DNA from: Octopus sinensis
Lineage: Eukaryota
Assembly: GCF_006345805.1 (NCBI RefSeq)
Contig: NC_042998.1
Coordinates: forward strand, 168,268,001 to 168,332,000
Length of the DNA stretch: 64,000 nt
Direction of reading: 5' to 3'
Both the position numbers and the translations under genes were made by a program. The notes under the pieces were generated by a model. That model worked only from the letters and a program-made list of their open reading frames with translations, had not been told where the DNA came from and did not search any database. This document shows positions 39,197 to 51,399 of this stretch, piece by piece (position 1 is the stretch's first letter; each line of letters starts with the position of its first letter).

Positions 39197-40033
39197 GCCG
39201 ATGTCGTGGAACTTTTCCAATATCGAGACCAGATTACAAGCGTATATCAGAAGAGATGGTGTCGTAGTTGCGCGGAAAAATATAAAGGATGGGGAAATTT
39301 ATAAATGCATTATTATACAATTCCTAGTAAATTATTGCTTGGCTTTAAGGCTAACATCGTTTCTGCCGCTTTCCAGTTTAAAATTTCTATTATAATGGGA
39401 TCTTAGAAACTACGTCGGCAATTAGCTTCCAAACTTGAATGCATGCAGAGGTTTCCCCACTCTTACCTTCAGCGATGCTGTTTTCAAAAAGGGTATATTA
39501 CATAAAGTAGCTAGGGACACCTCAAAAGGACAGGACGATCACAATTGGAACGCTTTTAGTCTTTGCTTTCTCGATAGGGTGAAAGCAACATCAACAGTCA
39601 TATTGCGAGAATATATTTAAAATAGAAGTTTTCAATGTTAAATACAGAAATATTATAAAGAAGCCACTTATGTGCAGTGTAATTTTACTTTTGACCTAGT
39701 AACGGCAGCTTAGTTTAATCTCATAAACATTTTCACTAAACTTTATTCAACTCATTTATAAAGTCTATACGTTCTAATTACAAACCAATGATTGAGTCTC
39801 TATGCGATTGCACGACCTGTTAGAAGAAGCTGTCGAGTCTCATTTAAATCTCACCCGACGTATCGACTTATTGAAATAATGAACACACTGGAGAATGTTC
39901 TGAATATACAAAACTGGACGGCAATGTTTAGAAGATCTGTGATCATACTCCTCTTAGATCAGCTTTAACCTAGGGTTAAGCAAAATAATATATTATCAAT
40001 ACTACATACTTAATGTATGTGTATTCTCTAAAT

Positions 40034-40180
40034 GCCAGAAGCTGCAGATTTCCGTCCGGGAAAACTATTTAAACACGTGTGGTGTTGAATATATATATAT
40101 ATATATATATACTGGGTTTGTTTTTAGCAGAATACGTCTTTAAATAAATTTTTCCCGGACGGAAAACCCTAGCTTCTGGC
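40034..40180. repeat. Imperfect inverted repeat around a (TA)n-containing spacer
   Basis: gccagaagct...ttccgtccgggaaaa.tatttaaa.acgt is mirrored by acgtctttaaataaatttttcccggacggaaa...agcttctggc. Confidence 0.85.
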
Positions 40181-41053
40181 GATTAAATAACAAGTATATT
40201 GTGCTGATGATGTTTTTATGATAGAGAGCAGCTTCTATTGCATAATTCGAATTTAAAATAACATATATTCTAACTATCTGTATGATAATTCTTTCTCTGC
40301 AACATATCTGTATTTAATGGCATGTGTGTTATTATAAACATAAATATTAATTTACTTTGTAAGTGTAATAACAACACTTAATTTAGCGACCACGAGAACT
40401 TCAACATTTAGCTTTAAAAGCTTGGAAAGAATACTAAAATGTATGCAAGCAAACTCTAAAGAAATACAAGAAAAATTACTTAAGCTTATCCATGTCAGCG
40501 ATTGTGTTAGAGTGAGCAAATAATTGTGCTTATGCGCAAGAGTATGAACATTTTCTAAAGTTATTCAACGTGTTTTGAATTCAATAAAACTTGTTTTATG
40601 GAATGTATAGAGTTCAAAGTAATTATTTCACATATTTTAACTTTGAATAGAACACATTCAATTATTTACGTTGCGTCAACGATTCATCGCGATACAATTG
40701 TTAAATGCATATCTATACGCGCATAGACACGCTCGCGCGCGCATAAGTCTTTACGTACATGAATACATACATACAATCATACATACATACATACATACAT
40801 ACATACATACATACATACATACATACATACATTCACATATGCATATATGCATATATGTATATATAAACTTGCGTCGGCCGAAACTGCTGAGATAATCTGG
40901 AAATTGACTGAGGGTAGAAAGCTCCGAATGACCAGTCCTTGTTTTTTCCTGTCCTTTTTTGCATCGTCTAACTGTCCGATTGTTTTGTTGTCACCTGCTA
41001 CGCTTTTGTTCCCTTTTTTGTTTTCTTTCATATATATATATATATGTATATAC

Positions 41054-41287
41054 TTTTATTCTTTTATTCGTTTCAGTCAATTGACTGCGGCCATGCTGCA
41101 GCACCGCCTTTTAGTCGAACAAATTGACCCCAGGACTTATTCTTTGTAAGCCTAGTATTTAGTCTATAGGTCTTTTTTGCCGAACTGCTAAGTTACGTGG
41201 ACGTAAACACACCAACAACGGTTGTCAAGCGATGGTGAGGGTACAAGCACAGACACATAAACACACACACACATACACATAAATATA

Positions 41288-41323
<36 letters not shown>

Positions 41324-41432
41324 CGACAGGCTTCTTTTCAGTTTTCGTCTGCCAAATCCACCCACAAGGCTTTTGGTCGACCCGAGGTCATAGTAAAAGA
41401 CACTTGCTCAAGGTGCCATGCAGCGGGATTGA
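41054..41432 (-). mobile_element. SINE family B, head truncated
   Basis: Tail, middle and CORE-like part present. Confidence 0.85.
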
Positions 41433-41489
41433 ATATATATATGTGTGTGTGTGTGTATGTATATATGTATGTATGTACGTATGTATGAA

Positions 41490-41770
41490 TACAACACGCG
41501 GAAAAATAGACGATAGCACGACAAACGCCAAACAGGACAAAGACAAGATAGATGAATCATTCGCAGCCGATTTCCTCATCAGTCGAAGTCCAGAAAGTCC
41601 TCGTAGTTTCGCCCTCATATCTCCGAATATCTTTTGTTGGTTTCTGTTTGTTATGTTCTTTCTCTTCTACCTTTGATTTATCCATGCGGTGCTCCGTTAA
41701 AAAAGATATCCCTTAAATATTGTGTACGACTCTCACTCTGTTTTCTTCGCTTTTCTCCTTTATTCCTTCT

Positions 41771-41803
<33 letters not shown>

Positions 41804-42924
41804 GTTTTTCTCTCTCTCTATCTTTTTCTGTCTCTCTCACCCTCTCTTCTTCGCTTTTCTCCCTTATTCCTTCCTTGTCTCTATTTCTTTCTCTCTCCTT
41901 TCTCTCTCTTTCTGTCTCTCTCTTCCTTTCCCCCACATTTCTCAGTCCCTCTGATTTCATTTTCTTTCTCTCGTATTCCTTAATCCCTTCCCCCTCCCTC
42001 TTGTTTTTCAATCCCTTTGCTTTTCTTCCTCACTTACTTCCCTTGTACCTCTTTCTCTCTCTTTTCCTCTATCTCCCTTCCTTCTCATTCTTTAGACACT
42101 CTGATTTCTTTCCTTTCTCTCCTATTCCTTAGTCCCTCTTCCCTCTTCTACTCCTTCTCTCTCCTGCCACGTGATCGCTGTCCGGTTAAGGCATTGTCGT
42201 CCTTTTCGACCAGCCGCCTTACAGGCTGGTCGCGTCCGTCTGTCCTCCCACCCGGTCTGTTAACATTTTCCATTTTTCCGTTTTTCCTTTACACCAGCTT
42301 ACTACGCTCGTCTGATAGTCGAAAGACCCTTTTTGTTATTTATTCATGTTGTAATTGTACAATTATTTTCCTTTTGCTGTATAACCGAAAGGCGTTTGTC
42401 CATTGTATATGTATAATTCTTTTTCTGTTGCACTTGCATTATTATTTTATAACGTTATGTTCGTCCGGTAGTCGAAAGTCCCTTTCTGTTGCTTATTTAT
42501 CTCGTATATGTACAAAATATGTACAAAAAGTTTTCGTATATGTACACATTTTTTCCCTCTATTGTATAGCCGAAAAGGCATTCTGTTGTACGTATATAAT
42601 TCTAGTTTTCTCGTTTTTGTTTTTGTTCCTGTGTTCGTTCTTGTATACATTTGTTTGCCTTTCCCAGAGGCTTAATGCTTTTAGCTTAAATCTCTGGCAC
42701 TCGCCGAATTCGAGAAGTCTCAAGGATAAAGGAGAGCGAAACTGCAAGGACTTTCCGGACTCCGACTGATGAGGAAATCGGCTGCGAATGATCCATCTAT
42801 CTTGTTTTTGCCCTGTTTGCCGTTTGTCATGCTATCATCTATTTTTCCGCATGTTGTGTTTTGTTGGTTTCCGTTTGTTGTGTTCTTTCTGTTCTACCTT
42901 TGATTTATCCATGCGGCGCTCCGT
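41490..42924. mobile_element. Composite element with mixed inverted and direct terminal repeats (Penelope pLTR-like layout)
   Basis: 41490-41614 is the reverse complement of about 42734-42858; 41631-41697 is a direct repeat of 42859-42924; CT-rich interior; related units at about 40874, 50676, 60665-60796 (-) and 61497. Confidence 0.6.
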
Positions 42925-44300
42925 ACAACCTGTTGTTTACTTTATATATATATATTGATGCGTGTGTGTCAACAGTGTGAGAATATTTATCAGGTTCGAT
43001 GAAGAAAATACGATTCAAATGCTACTACAGCACTTCCTTCTAGTTATCACATCTTGGATTATCAGTTGAGACAAAGGTGGAAGGATAAACAGAATTTCTC
43101 TATTTGCTCGAACTATTATGATGACTTATAATCTCTTATTATAAAAGGCAGATTTTATCTGCCTCCCTTTGGGAGTTATACAAATCTACAATATAGGATT
43201 TCTTCAATTACAATTTAACTAGCAGTTTTAAGAGTACAATGCATCGCGTCATGCCAGGTCCAGTTTTTAAAATTTAAGCTCCAATTAAGCAAAATTTACA
43301 GAAAACTCACATTCTGGTGTGTGTGTCAAATGCTTTTCTTAGTCTGGTTTACACAACACGCCACCGCACACACACAGTGTGCAACGAATAAAATGAAAGT
43401 AAATAGCGACAGAGTGATTTGAGGAAGACTAAACTGAAAGTATTTAAACCACTACTCAAAAAATTAAAAAAACACAGCAAACAGAAACAAATAAATACAT
43501 AACCATTTACTCCTCACACAATTTCTTCAATTAGAATTTACCTAAGATTTTTCAGAGTACTTCAGTGGGTGATGCCATAAAAAATTTCTTTCAATTTTAC
43601 CACCAATTAAGACAAAATTCGAGAAAACTCAATATTTTAACATATCACTCCGAAAGCATTGATGTACATGTGTGCGTGCGTGAATGTGTGTGTGTCATTC
43701 CTCACACACACGCATACACATACATATACAACTACATACAACTACATACACATACAACTACATACAAACACGTGTGTGTTTGTTATTAGTAAAAAAGGCG
43801 CCAAAACTCAACTCACTTATCATTCCAACACATTTGCAAAGACACACGGACGGACAGAAAAGGTAAATTGGTTTTTATTTTACTCTGTATATATTTTATT
43901 ATATAATATTATATATAGATATATGTATATATAATTGCAGTATGAAACAGTGTTTATGTATAAACAGACGACACTTATATATAGTTACCAAGCCGCCCGA
44001 ATTTACCTATTCATATTTAAATGAGAATATCAGGGCAAATCTCTTTAGTACATTCGTGAAAACACGTATTATACTTCGTAAACACTTCAACTACAGTTTT
44101 GTACAAAAATCGAAGTGTAATTTTAATTCCGTGAATTATTGGAGATTTTTTTCCGAAATTTGTTCCTATTGTGTTTTCAAAATTTGTAATTCTGACAAAA
44201 AATGGATACGAATTTCATTATATCAAGCAGCGAGTCAGAATTCGAAGGATTTTCTACTGAAGACCTTCATAAATCTAACTCTATGACTGAAAAAAAAAGC

Positions 44301-44699
44301 ATCTTTATATAAGAGTGAAGTTGTGTGTGTCTATCTCCTACGATTTAGATTCCTAACTACTCCCACATTTTGCGGTGCAGTTTAACCAAAAGCGGGTATC
44401 TTATAGTCGTGATTCATATCGAGCCCTTCTGGGTATTAGCGTGCGTCTACGATGAGTCTACGATTTAAAAAAAAATTACCATCATATTTTTTCCATTTTA
44501 ATGCATTTTTTCGCTTTTATATAAGGGAAGTAACTCTCTAAAAATATCAACGATGTGTCAACGATTTTAAAAAAAATTTACCTTAATTTTTTTTCAATTT
44601 TTAATGCATTTTTTTGCTATTTTTTGGCTATAACTCTCTAAAAATGCTTATATATTTATTTCCCTTACAACCCGAGCAACGCCGGGCGATACTGCTAGT
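44301..44699 (-). mobile_element. Non-autonomous Helentron/HINE-like element, second copy
   Basis: Minus-strand start actagcagtatcgcccggcgttgctcggg and end cttatataaagat; colinear with 11717-12117. Confidence 0.7.
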
Positions 44700-44797
44700 C
44701 AATTAATAAAAACATAATAGATGCTAACGAGTCATCCTTCTTTCCGATGATGCTAACCGTAGTATTTTTATATATGTTATATCATATTATACTACAT

Positions 44798-45090
44798 TGA
44801 AGGCGCGTGGTCTGGTAGTAAAGGTGTTCCACTCACGAGTGTAAGATCGCGGTTTCGATTTCTGGGCTGTGCATTATGTTCTTGAGTAAAACATTTCATT
44901 TTTCTTTGCACTGTAACCACTTCGACACCTGATGTGAGGCACATCGTGCACCTACATAGAAAAAGTCAATTTAATGACGTGAGTTTGCTAATATACAGCA
45001 GTAACACTTGATCACTATAAGAAAATCATCTGTGCAGGTTGTTCAGCAAAAATTGCGGTGCGTTCACCTGCTGTTTACAAGAAGAGAGTT
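44798..45090 (+). mobile_element. Degraded tRNA-SINE with a family D-like head
   Basis: gaaggcgcgtgg...ggtttcgattt...ttcttgagtaaaacattt. Confidence 0.55.
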
Positions 45091-45230
45091 TTAAAAAAAA
45101 CCGTATTGCATTATTTATGTGATATATTTTACATATGTAAATCGTGGAAATGCTAGTAGCTGCAAGGTTTTCTGGGGGAAAACCCCGTTATAGACGTCTT
45201 TTTTTGTTAAAAATACAATATACGACCGAC

Positions 45231-45850
45231 TATGAAGGAGTGATGCTAGGGCTTTGAAATCTTGCATACATTAATTTCATCTCTTCTTATTAACAACTGC
45301 ATTTTTTCCTTTCCAGGTAAACTGACATTTGACTCCACAAAGAAGACTTCAGAAGGAGCTGGTTGCGACTTTTCTTGAAAGTGAACAAAATTTGGTATTG
45401 TGGTATTATCAAGTACCTGCAGAAAAAGAGTTTATCCCCCAAAGACATTCATGCTGACATGGTTGCTGTATCAGGGGATGATGCTCCAGCTCTATCAACA
45501 GTGCAAAAATGGGAAATGAATTCAGGAGGGGAAGGGAATCTCTTGAAGATGGCCCAAAATTTCGACATCCTGAAACTGCTACCACGGAGGAAAACATTGA
45601 TTGCGTTCACCACATGATGATGGATGGCAGGCGATTGAGTATAAATCAAGTAGCCAATGCTACTAGCATATTCCGTAAGAGAGTTGGGAATATTCTGCAC
45701 AATGAACTCAGCATGACGAAGGTTTCAGCTCGCTGGTAGCCACGTCTTCTGACACCTGATCAACAGCACACCAGGCTAATCACATTAAGGCAACAATCTG
45801 ACAATTTTTTAGGCAAATCCAGCTGGTTTCGTAATCCACAATGCGTTTCA
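45231..45850 (+). pseudogene. Mariner transposase N-terminal relic
   Basis: IIKYLQKKSLSPKDIHADMVAVSGDDAPALSTVQKW / FRRGRESLED...R / KVSARW*PRLLTPDQ (HTH region and WVP-linker); left boundary uncertain. Confidence 0.85.
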
Positions 45851-46020
45851 TAAGCCCATCATCTTCCTCTGCAGGGGATCTTTAGCTTTGTGTTAACATC
45901 CGCTGAGCAGCTGATTTCCACAACTGTATGTATGTATATATGTATGTATGCATGGATGGATGGATGGATGGATGGGTGGATGGATAGATGGATGGATGGA
46001 TGGACAGGTATTTGCTTATT

Positions 46021-46212
46021 CTTTTACTCTTTTACTTGTTTCAGTCATTTGACTGCGGCCATGCTGGAGCACCGCCTTTAGTCGAGCAAATCGACCCCAG
46101 GACTTATTCTTTGTAAGCCTAGTACTTATTCTATCGGTCTTTTTTGCTGAACCGCTAAGTTACGGGGACGTAAACACACCAGCATCGGTTGTCAAGCGAT
46201 GTTGGGGAACGT

Positions 46213-46301
<89 letters not shown>

Positions 46302-46488
46302 CATATATATATATATATACATATATACGACGGGCTTCTTTCAGTTCCGTCTACCAAATCCACTCACAAGGCTTTGGTCGGCCCGAGGCTATAGTAGAAG
46401 ACACTTGCCCAAGATGCCACGCAGTGGGACTGAACCCGGAACCATGTGGTTCGTAAGCAGGCTACTTACCACACAGCCACTCCTGCGC
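46021..46488 (-). mobile_element. Full-length SINE family B
   Basis: Low-divergence copy with (CA)n/(TA)n spacer. Confidence 0.93.
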
Positions 46489-46899
46489 TTGTATGTATAT
46501 GTTTATATGTACTATGGTTACATTTGATATTGTATACCTGTATGAGTATATGTGTTGATAAGAAAAGTAAATTTTCACATCGATGCATATGTTAGCATGA
46601 CGAGGGCATTGGCATGAGAATCATAACTTTTGTTACATACAACTTCAACCAGTTATAAATGTTTCTTTTGTGTCTCGGTATACATATCTCGTATTTTATG
46701 TATGCTTGAATATATTTGCTTGTTGTTATTTTATCGTTCAGGTATATTACTCTTTGTACTTTTTACATTAAGATTACTTTTTCTTTTATCTCTGTTTTAT
46801 TTATAAAGTCCTCCTCCCAACTCATATATTTTTTTGTTCGGGTTGCACAATATTTCATTCTTATAAAATTTCTTTATAATTTTTCACGTTATACGCCGC

Positions 46900-47505
46900 C
46901 GTGGAGTGTGGTAAGAAGCCTGCGTTCCAACCGGCACCCTGGGTTTGTATCTACTACTATATCCTCGAGAGTACCAAAGCCTTTTGAGTGTATTTGGTAG
47001 ATGGTAACTGAAAGAAGCCTGTCATATATACATATATATATGAGTGTGTGTATGTTTGCCCCCACTCCACCGCTTGATAACCGGTGTTGGTGTGTTTATT
47101 CTTTTACTTGTTTCAGTCATTTGACTGCGGCTATGCTCGAGCACCGCCTTGAAGAGTTTTAGCCGAGCAATTCGAACCCCAGGATTTATTATCATAAACC
47201 TGGTACTTAGTCTAGTGGTCTCTTTGCCGAACCGCTATGTTACGGGGACGTAAACACATCAACACCGGTTGTCAAGCGGTGATGGAGAAACAAACACAGG
47301 CACAAAGATACACACACATAGATATATACATGCTGTATATATACATATATGCGATGGGGCGTCTTTCAGTTTCTGTCTACCAAATCCATTCATAAGGCTT
47401 TAGTCAGCCTGAAGCTATAGTAGAAGACACTTGCCTAATGTGCCACGCAGCGGGACTGAACCCGGAGCCATGTGGTTGGGACGCAGGCTTTATACCACAG
47501 TCTTT
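46900..47505. mobile_element. Tail-to-tail pair of diverged family B SINEs (+ partial 46900-47100; - 47101-47505)
   Basis: Matches to the family head, core and tail. Confidence 0.75.
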
Positions 47506-48808
47506 ACACACACATACACACACACACATACACACACACTCACACACGCACACACATGAATATATACACATAAATATGTGTGTGTGTACATATATACATA
47601 CATATAACGCACACCCCAATAAATGTATGAGTATACATACACACACATACAAACACACAGACTCACCTATACTCACATTTGTATGTGCGTATGTATTTGT
47701 ATGTATGCATGTATGTATGTATATATGTATGTATATGCATATGTATATACATACGCACACAAAAAGGTATGAATACATAAATGTATATGTGTGGGCGCGC
47801 GCGCGAATTAAAGTGCGCGGGCGCCTGTGAGAAAGTTATCTAGCATATCCGTCTTTGTTTTAATTAGAAAAAGAAAGTGGGTGAGGCAGTGACGTTGCAT
47901 TCAACATACATTTAGATAACTTCACGTTCGCCTGTAGATTGGTGGGAAAACCCGCACGAGCGTGCTTGTGGACGTGCGGTATACGCATGTGTATAAACGT
48001 CTTCGTGTGATTATCTACGCGTGCGTGCGTATCTGTGAATATGTTCGTATATGAGTGTGTACGTATGTAGTGCGTGTGTGTGTGTTTGTGTTTCTATGCG
48101 GGCATGCGAAAAAAAAAAGAAAAAGCAGTGAGCGAGTATAGGGGGTGGTGTAATTTAGCGTTGATCAAGACCAGATGCCGGTTTTTCAAGGAGTCTGTAT
48201 GAGGAGTGTGGATTTCGTGTTAAGTTAAGAAGAAAAAAGTGCGGCTCTATTGTAGTGCTATAAGGCTGTTTATGTTGTATCGTTAGTATTATGTTAGCTA
48301 GTAGAGCGAGGAAAGCGGTAAGCGCTAAATCTGAAGAATTTTAAGTCAATGTAGGTAGGCATGCTCCCATAAATCTTCATGTCAATACGGCATTTTGAAA
48401 AAGGAATATTTCTGCTACGAGGAAGAGAGAGACAGAGGTAGAAAGGTATGGGGGGGAGAGAGAGGCTGACTGAGTGAGAGATAAAGGAAGAAGGAAAGGC
48501 TGATTGGGAGAGAAATAATGAAACACTGAGTGAGAGATAGTAAAAGAGGCATATAGATAGGCAGATAGTGAAAGAAAGGGTAGGAGGCAGAGTTTATAAC
48601 GTATGTGTTAATGTAAATGAATAGATCGTGTTAGCTCAGGTACAGGCGCATATGCAGAAATATTAATATATAAATAAATAATACATAAATTTATGCAAAT
48701 AAAATTGCAAAATAAGGCATACATATGTACACGCATATAAACATACGCATACACACTCATATACACAACACACACACATGTATGTAGGTATGTATATATA
48801 CATATATA

Positions 48809-49292
48809 CAGGGGTTGGACAAAATAATGGAAGCACCTAGCCTCATAGCATCATAATTTTGAAATATCTATAAAACTATCAAAAGCTTGTTTATTTTTGT
48901 TTTTTCATTTATTATTAGTGTTGCTTAATATGTTTTGCTAAAATTGCTGTTTCTTTTCAGATATCATCAGAAAAAGGTAATTAAAATTCATTAAAATGAC
49001 AGATCTATCGGACTTTCAAAGAGGGCAATTGTTGTCGAAACAAAACACCGGAAGAAAACCAAAACTTTCAGATAGGGACCGTTGGACTCTTACACGAATT
49101 GTTAGAAAGGATCAACAAAAGTACAGTTCTCAAAATTTTAGCTCTTTTTGCCTGAAAAATGGACAAAAAATCCTTTGAAAACAATTCAAATATTGTACGA
49201 GTCCATAGCTCGTAGAAGTCAAGCTGTAATTACTGCCAAAGGTAGTCCATATTAAGATAAATTTCCTTGAAATTTTAAGGTGTTTCCATTAT
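48809..49292 (+). mobile_element. Internally deleted Tc1-like element
   Basis: TA|caggggttggacaaaataatggaagcacct; right TIR aggtgtttccatta is truncated by (TA)n; N-terminal MTDLSDFQRGQ..GRKPKLSDRD and C-terminal ESIARRSQAVITAKGSPY*. Confidence 0.85.
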
Positions 49293-49313
49293 ATATATAT
49301 ATATATATATACA

Positions 49314-49413
49314 CATAAGGGACGTTAGCCATCTGAATGTGGCCAGGGACAGGGCAGGGCGGTGGGGGTGTTACTGATGCATAGCCACATTCAGATGGCT
49401 AACGTCCCTTATG
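49314..49413. repeat. Perfect 30-bp inverted repeat with a G-rich 40-nt loop
   Basis: cataagggacgttagccatctgaatgtggc / gccacattcagatggctaacgtcccttatg. Confidence 0.97.
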
Positions 49414-49944
49414 TTATGGAGCAGTTACTGTCTATATCTCGTTTAGAGAATTATTTTTGCTATATATATATATAGGGAAATAACTTTTTAAAAATGCATG
49501 ATTTATTAACATCATCTCTACTTCCAGGTGAGATAGAACACTCGCTTGGTTACTGTTAGGACCAACTCAAAACGAGAAGAGGAAATAATATCAAGAATAA
49601 AAAACTTTTCAAAATCGACAAGAAAATACAAGACAAAAGAAAACCCCAAAAATATTCAAAATGTTAACTGAGATACGTATCTGTCTCAATAGGTGTCATC
49701 AGTACAGCATATAATCCTATATGATTTCTTGCACATCGAGACAGCTAGACCCGTATAAAACAGAAAAGAAGTACACCTATAGTCAAGGTAATTTGGATAA
49801 GTAAAAGGAAAATGAACTTGGGGTGGCTAATGGTCTGTGTTTGAACAGCAAAGACCAGTAATAATAAACACCCACACACATACACACACATTTCGACTGT
49901 AAGCGCAATAGCAGAATACATATATGCATACGCAAATGCATAAT

Positions 49945-50008
<64 letters not shown>

Positions 50009-50173
50009 GAAGTATATTTGCCACCTGAATGTGGCTGACCCATATGGGACGATGCTACTGTAGTTTATCGCTCCAGAAGACATCTCCTCCAGCTGGCTAA
50101 TGACACACTGTCTGTGGCCTATCAGTATTTGCAAAGGGAAATCGTCGTTCCCATTCCTAGCCTGACGTGATAT

Positions 50174-50216
50174 ACACGGATCCGGGTTTCTGGACAGTCA
50201 TCCGTCATCAGCGCGT
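50174..50216 (-). ncRNA. Minimal type I hammerhead motif (left arm)
   Basis: acgcg-CUGAUGA-cggaugacugucca-GAAAC-ccgg-AUC-cgugu; 5-bp stem I; G16.2 mutated to A. Confidence 0.65.
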
Positions 50217-50324
50217 GACAATCACCGGCTAGGGATGAGAAGAGATGTTTCCACAGCAAATATATATGCTTTTTTCAGTGACAAAAAGTCGCTGATCGCG
50301 AAAAAGGAGAAAAAGGTGATTGTC

Positions 50325-50367
50325 ACGCGCTGATAACGGGTTGCTACCCAGAAACCCGGGTCCGTAT
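50325..50367 (+). ncRNA. Minimal type I hammerhead motif (right arm) with palindromic stem III
   Basis: acgcg-CUGAUAA-cggguugcuaccca-GAAAC-ccgg-GUC-cguau; ACCCGGGU is self-complementary; G8 mutated to A. Confidence 0.65.
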
Positions 50368-50584
50368 GTATCACATCAGGCTAGGGTTGGGAACGATGAT
50401 TTCGCTTTGCAAATACTGATAGGGCACGGTCGGTGTGTCATTAGCCAGCTGGAGGAGATGTTTTCCTGGGGCTATAAACTACCGTAGCATCGTCCCATAA
50501 GTGTCAGCCACATTTAGGTGGCAAATATACTTCCCGATGTCGTGCTGCTACTGCTTATATCTCACTCAGATATTTATTCTTGTG

Positions 50585-50615
<31 letters not shown>

Positions 50616-51039
50616 TGTGTGTGTGTGTGTATGTGTGTGTGTATGTATGTATGTATGTATGTATGTATGTATGTATGGCCGAAACTACGTGGACATTCTG
50701 GACTCCGACTGGAGAGGCAATTAGCTGCAAATGATTCATGTATCTCGTTTTATACTGTTTGCTGTTGTCGAGCTATCATCCTTTTTTCCGCATGTTGTGT
50801 TTTGACATTTTCTGTTTATTGTGGGGCTTTTTCTGTTCTACCTTTAATATATAACAACGGAAAGGGCATCCTCAAAAGTTTCTCAGTAGTTGCTTCACTG
50901 AAATGGATTTCAAGACGAGATCTCGATTTCTCATTCTAAATACATCTCTCGATCATCGTAGCCGGTGTTTCATAACGGTAGACTCTATGCTTCAATTGTT
51001 TGTTTGTTTGTTTGTTTTTATTTTTCTGGTTTTGCTTTC

Positions 51040-51310
51040 TTAGGACAATATTGATGATCAAGTAGTTCTTCTATTTGATATCTTTGATGATACGGAAATA
51101 TTGGTAATGGCAACGCTCCAGCTTTTTGACGAGAAAGTGTCTTTGTTTCACAACCGTATGACAAAGCTGAGATGATGATAGTGGATAAACGATATGTTTC
51201 ACTATTTGGATTAGGTCTTCGTTATTAAAAATGCATTTTGCTATACTTCTAATGCTGCAAGAGATCATCCTGTTCGGAGTTGCACATCATATTCAGAGGT
51301 ACACTTGAAG
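51040..51310 (-). pseudogene. RTE-type RT C-terminal relic
   Basis: Segments resembling CIFNNEDL...SYGCET...KLERCHYQYFRIIKDIK (RTE YGCETW...LERFH pattern). Confidence 0.55.
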
Positions 51311-51399
51311 GTAAGAAGACTTCCGAGATAGGAAGAGTAGTTAACATTCTCGAGAGATGTAACAAGAGATAGCAATGTTGAAATGAAGGAGAATGGTCT

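Larger units (their letters stand above)
50009..50533. repeat. Foldback element (about 218-bp arms, 88-nt spacer)
   Basis: gaagtatatttgccacc...gtgacaatcacc is mirrored by ggtgattgtcac...ggtggcaaatatacttc. Confidence 0.95.

Noticed and set aside
38778-39395. 205-aa plus-strand ORF with poly-His
   Set aside because: It is built from (CAC/CAT)n, (CA)n and CT tracts, has a TTG start and no domain signature.
45295-45322. Juxtaposed YnCAG|GT motifs (recursive splice-like) at about 45316 (+), 49525 (+) and 7729 (-)
   Set aside because: A few such motifs are expected by chance in 128 kb of strand sequence, one lies inside a mariner, and the strands are inconsistent.
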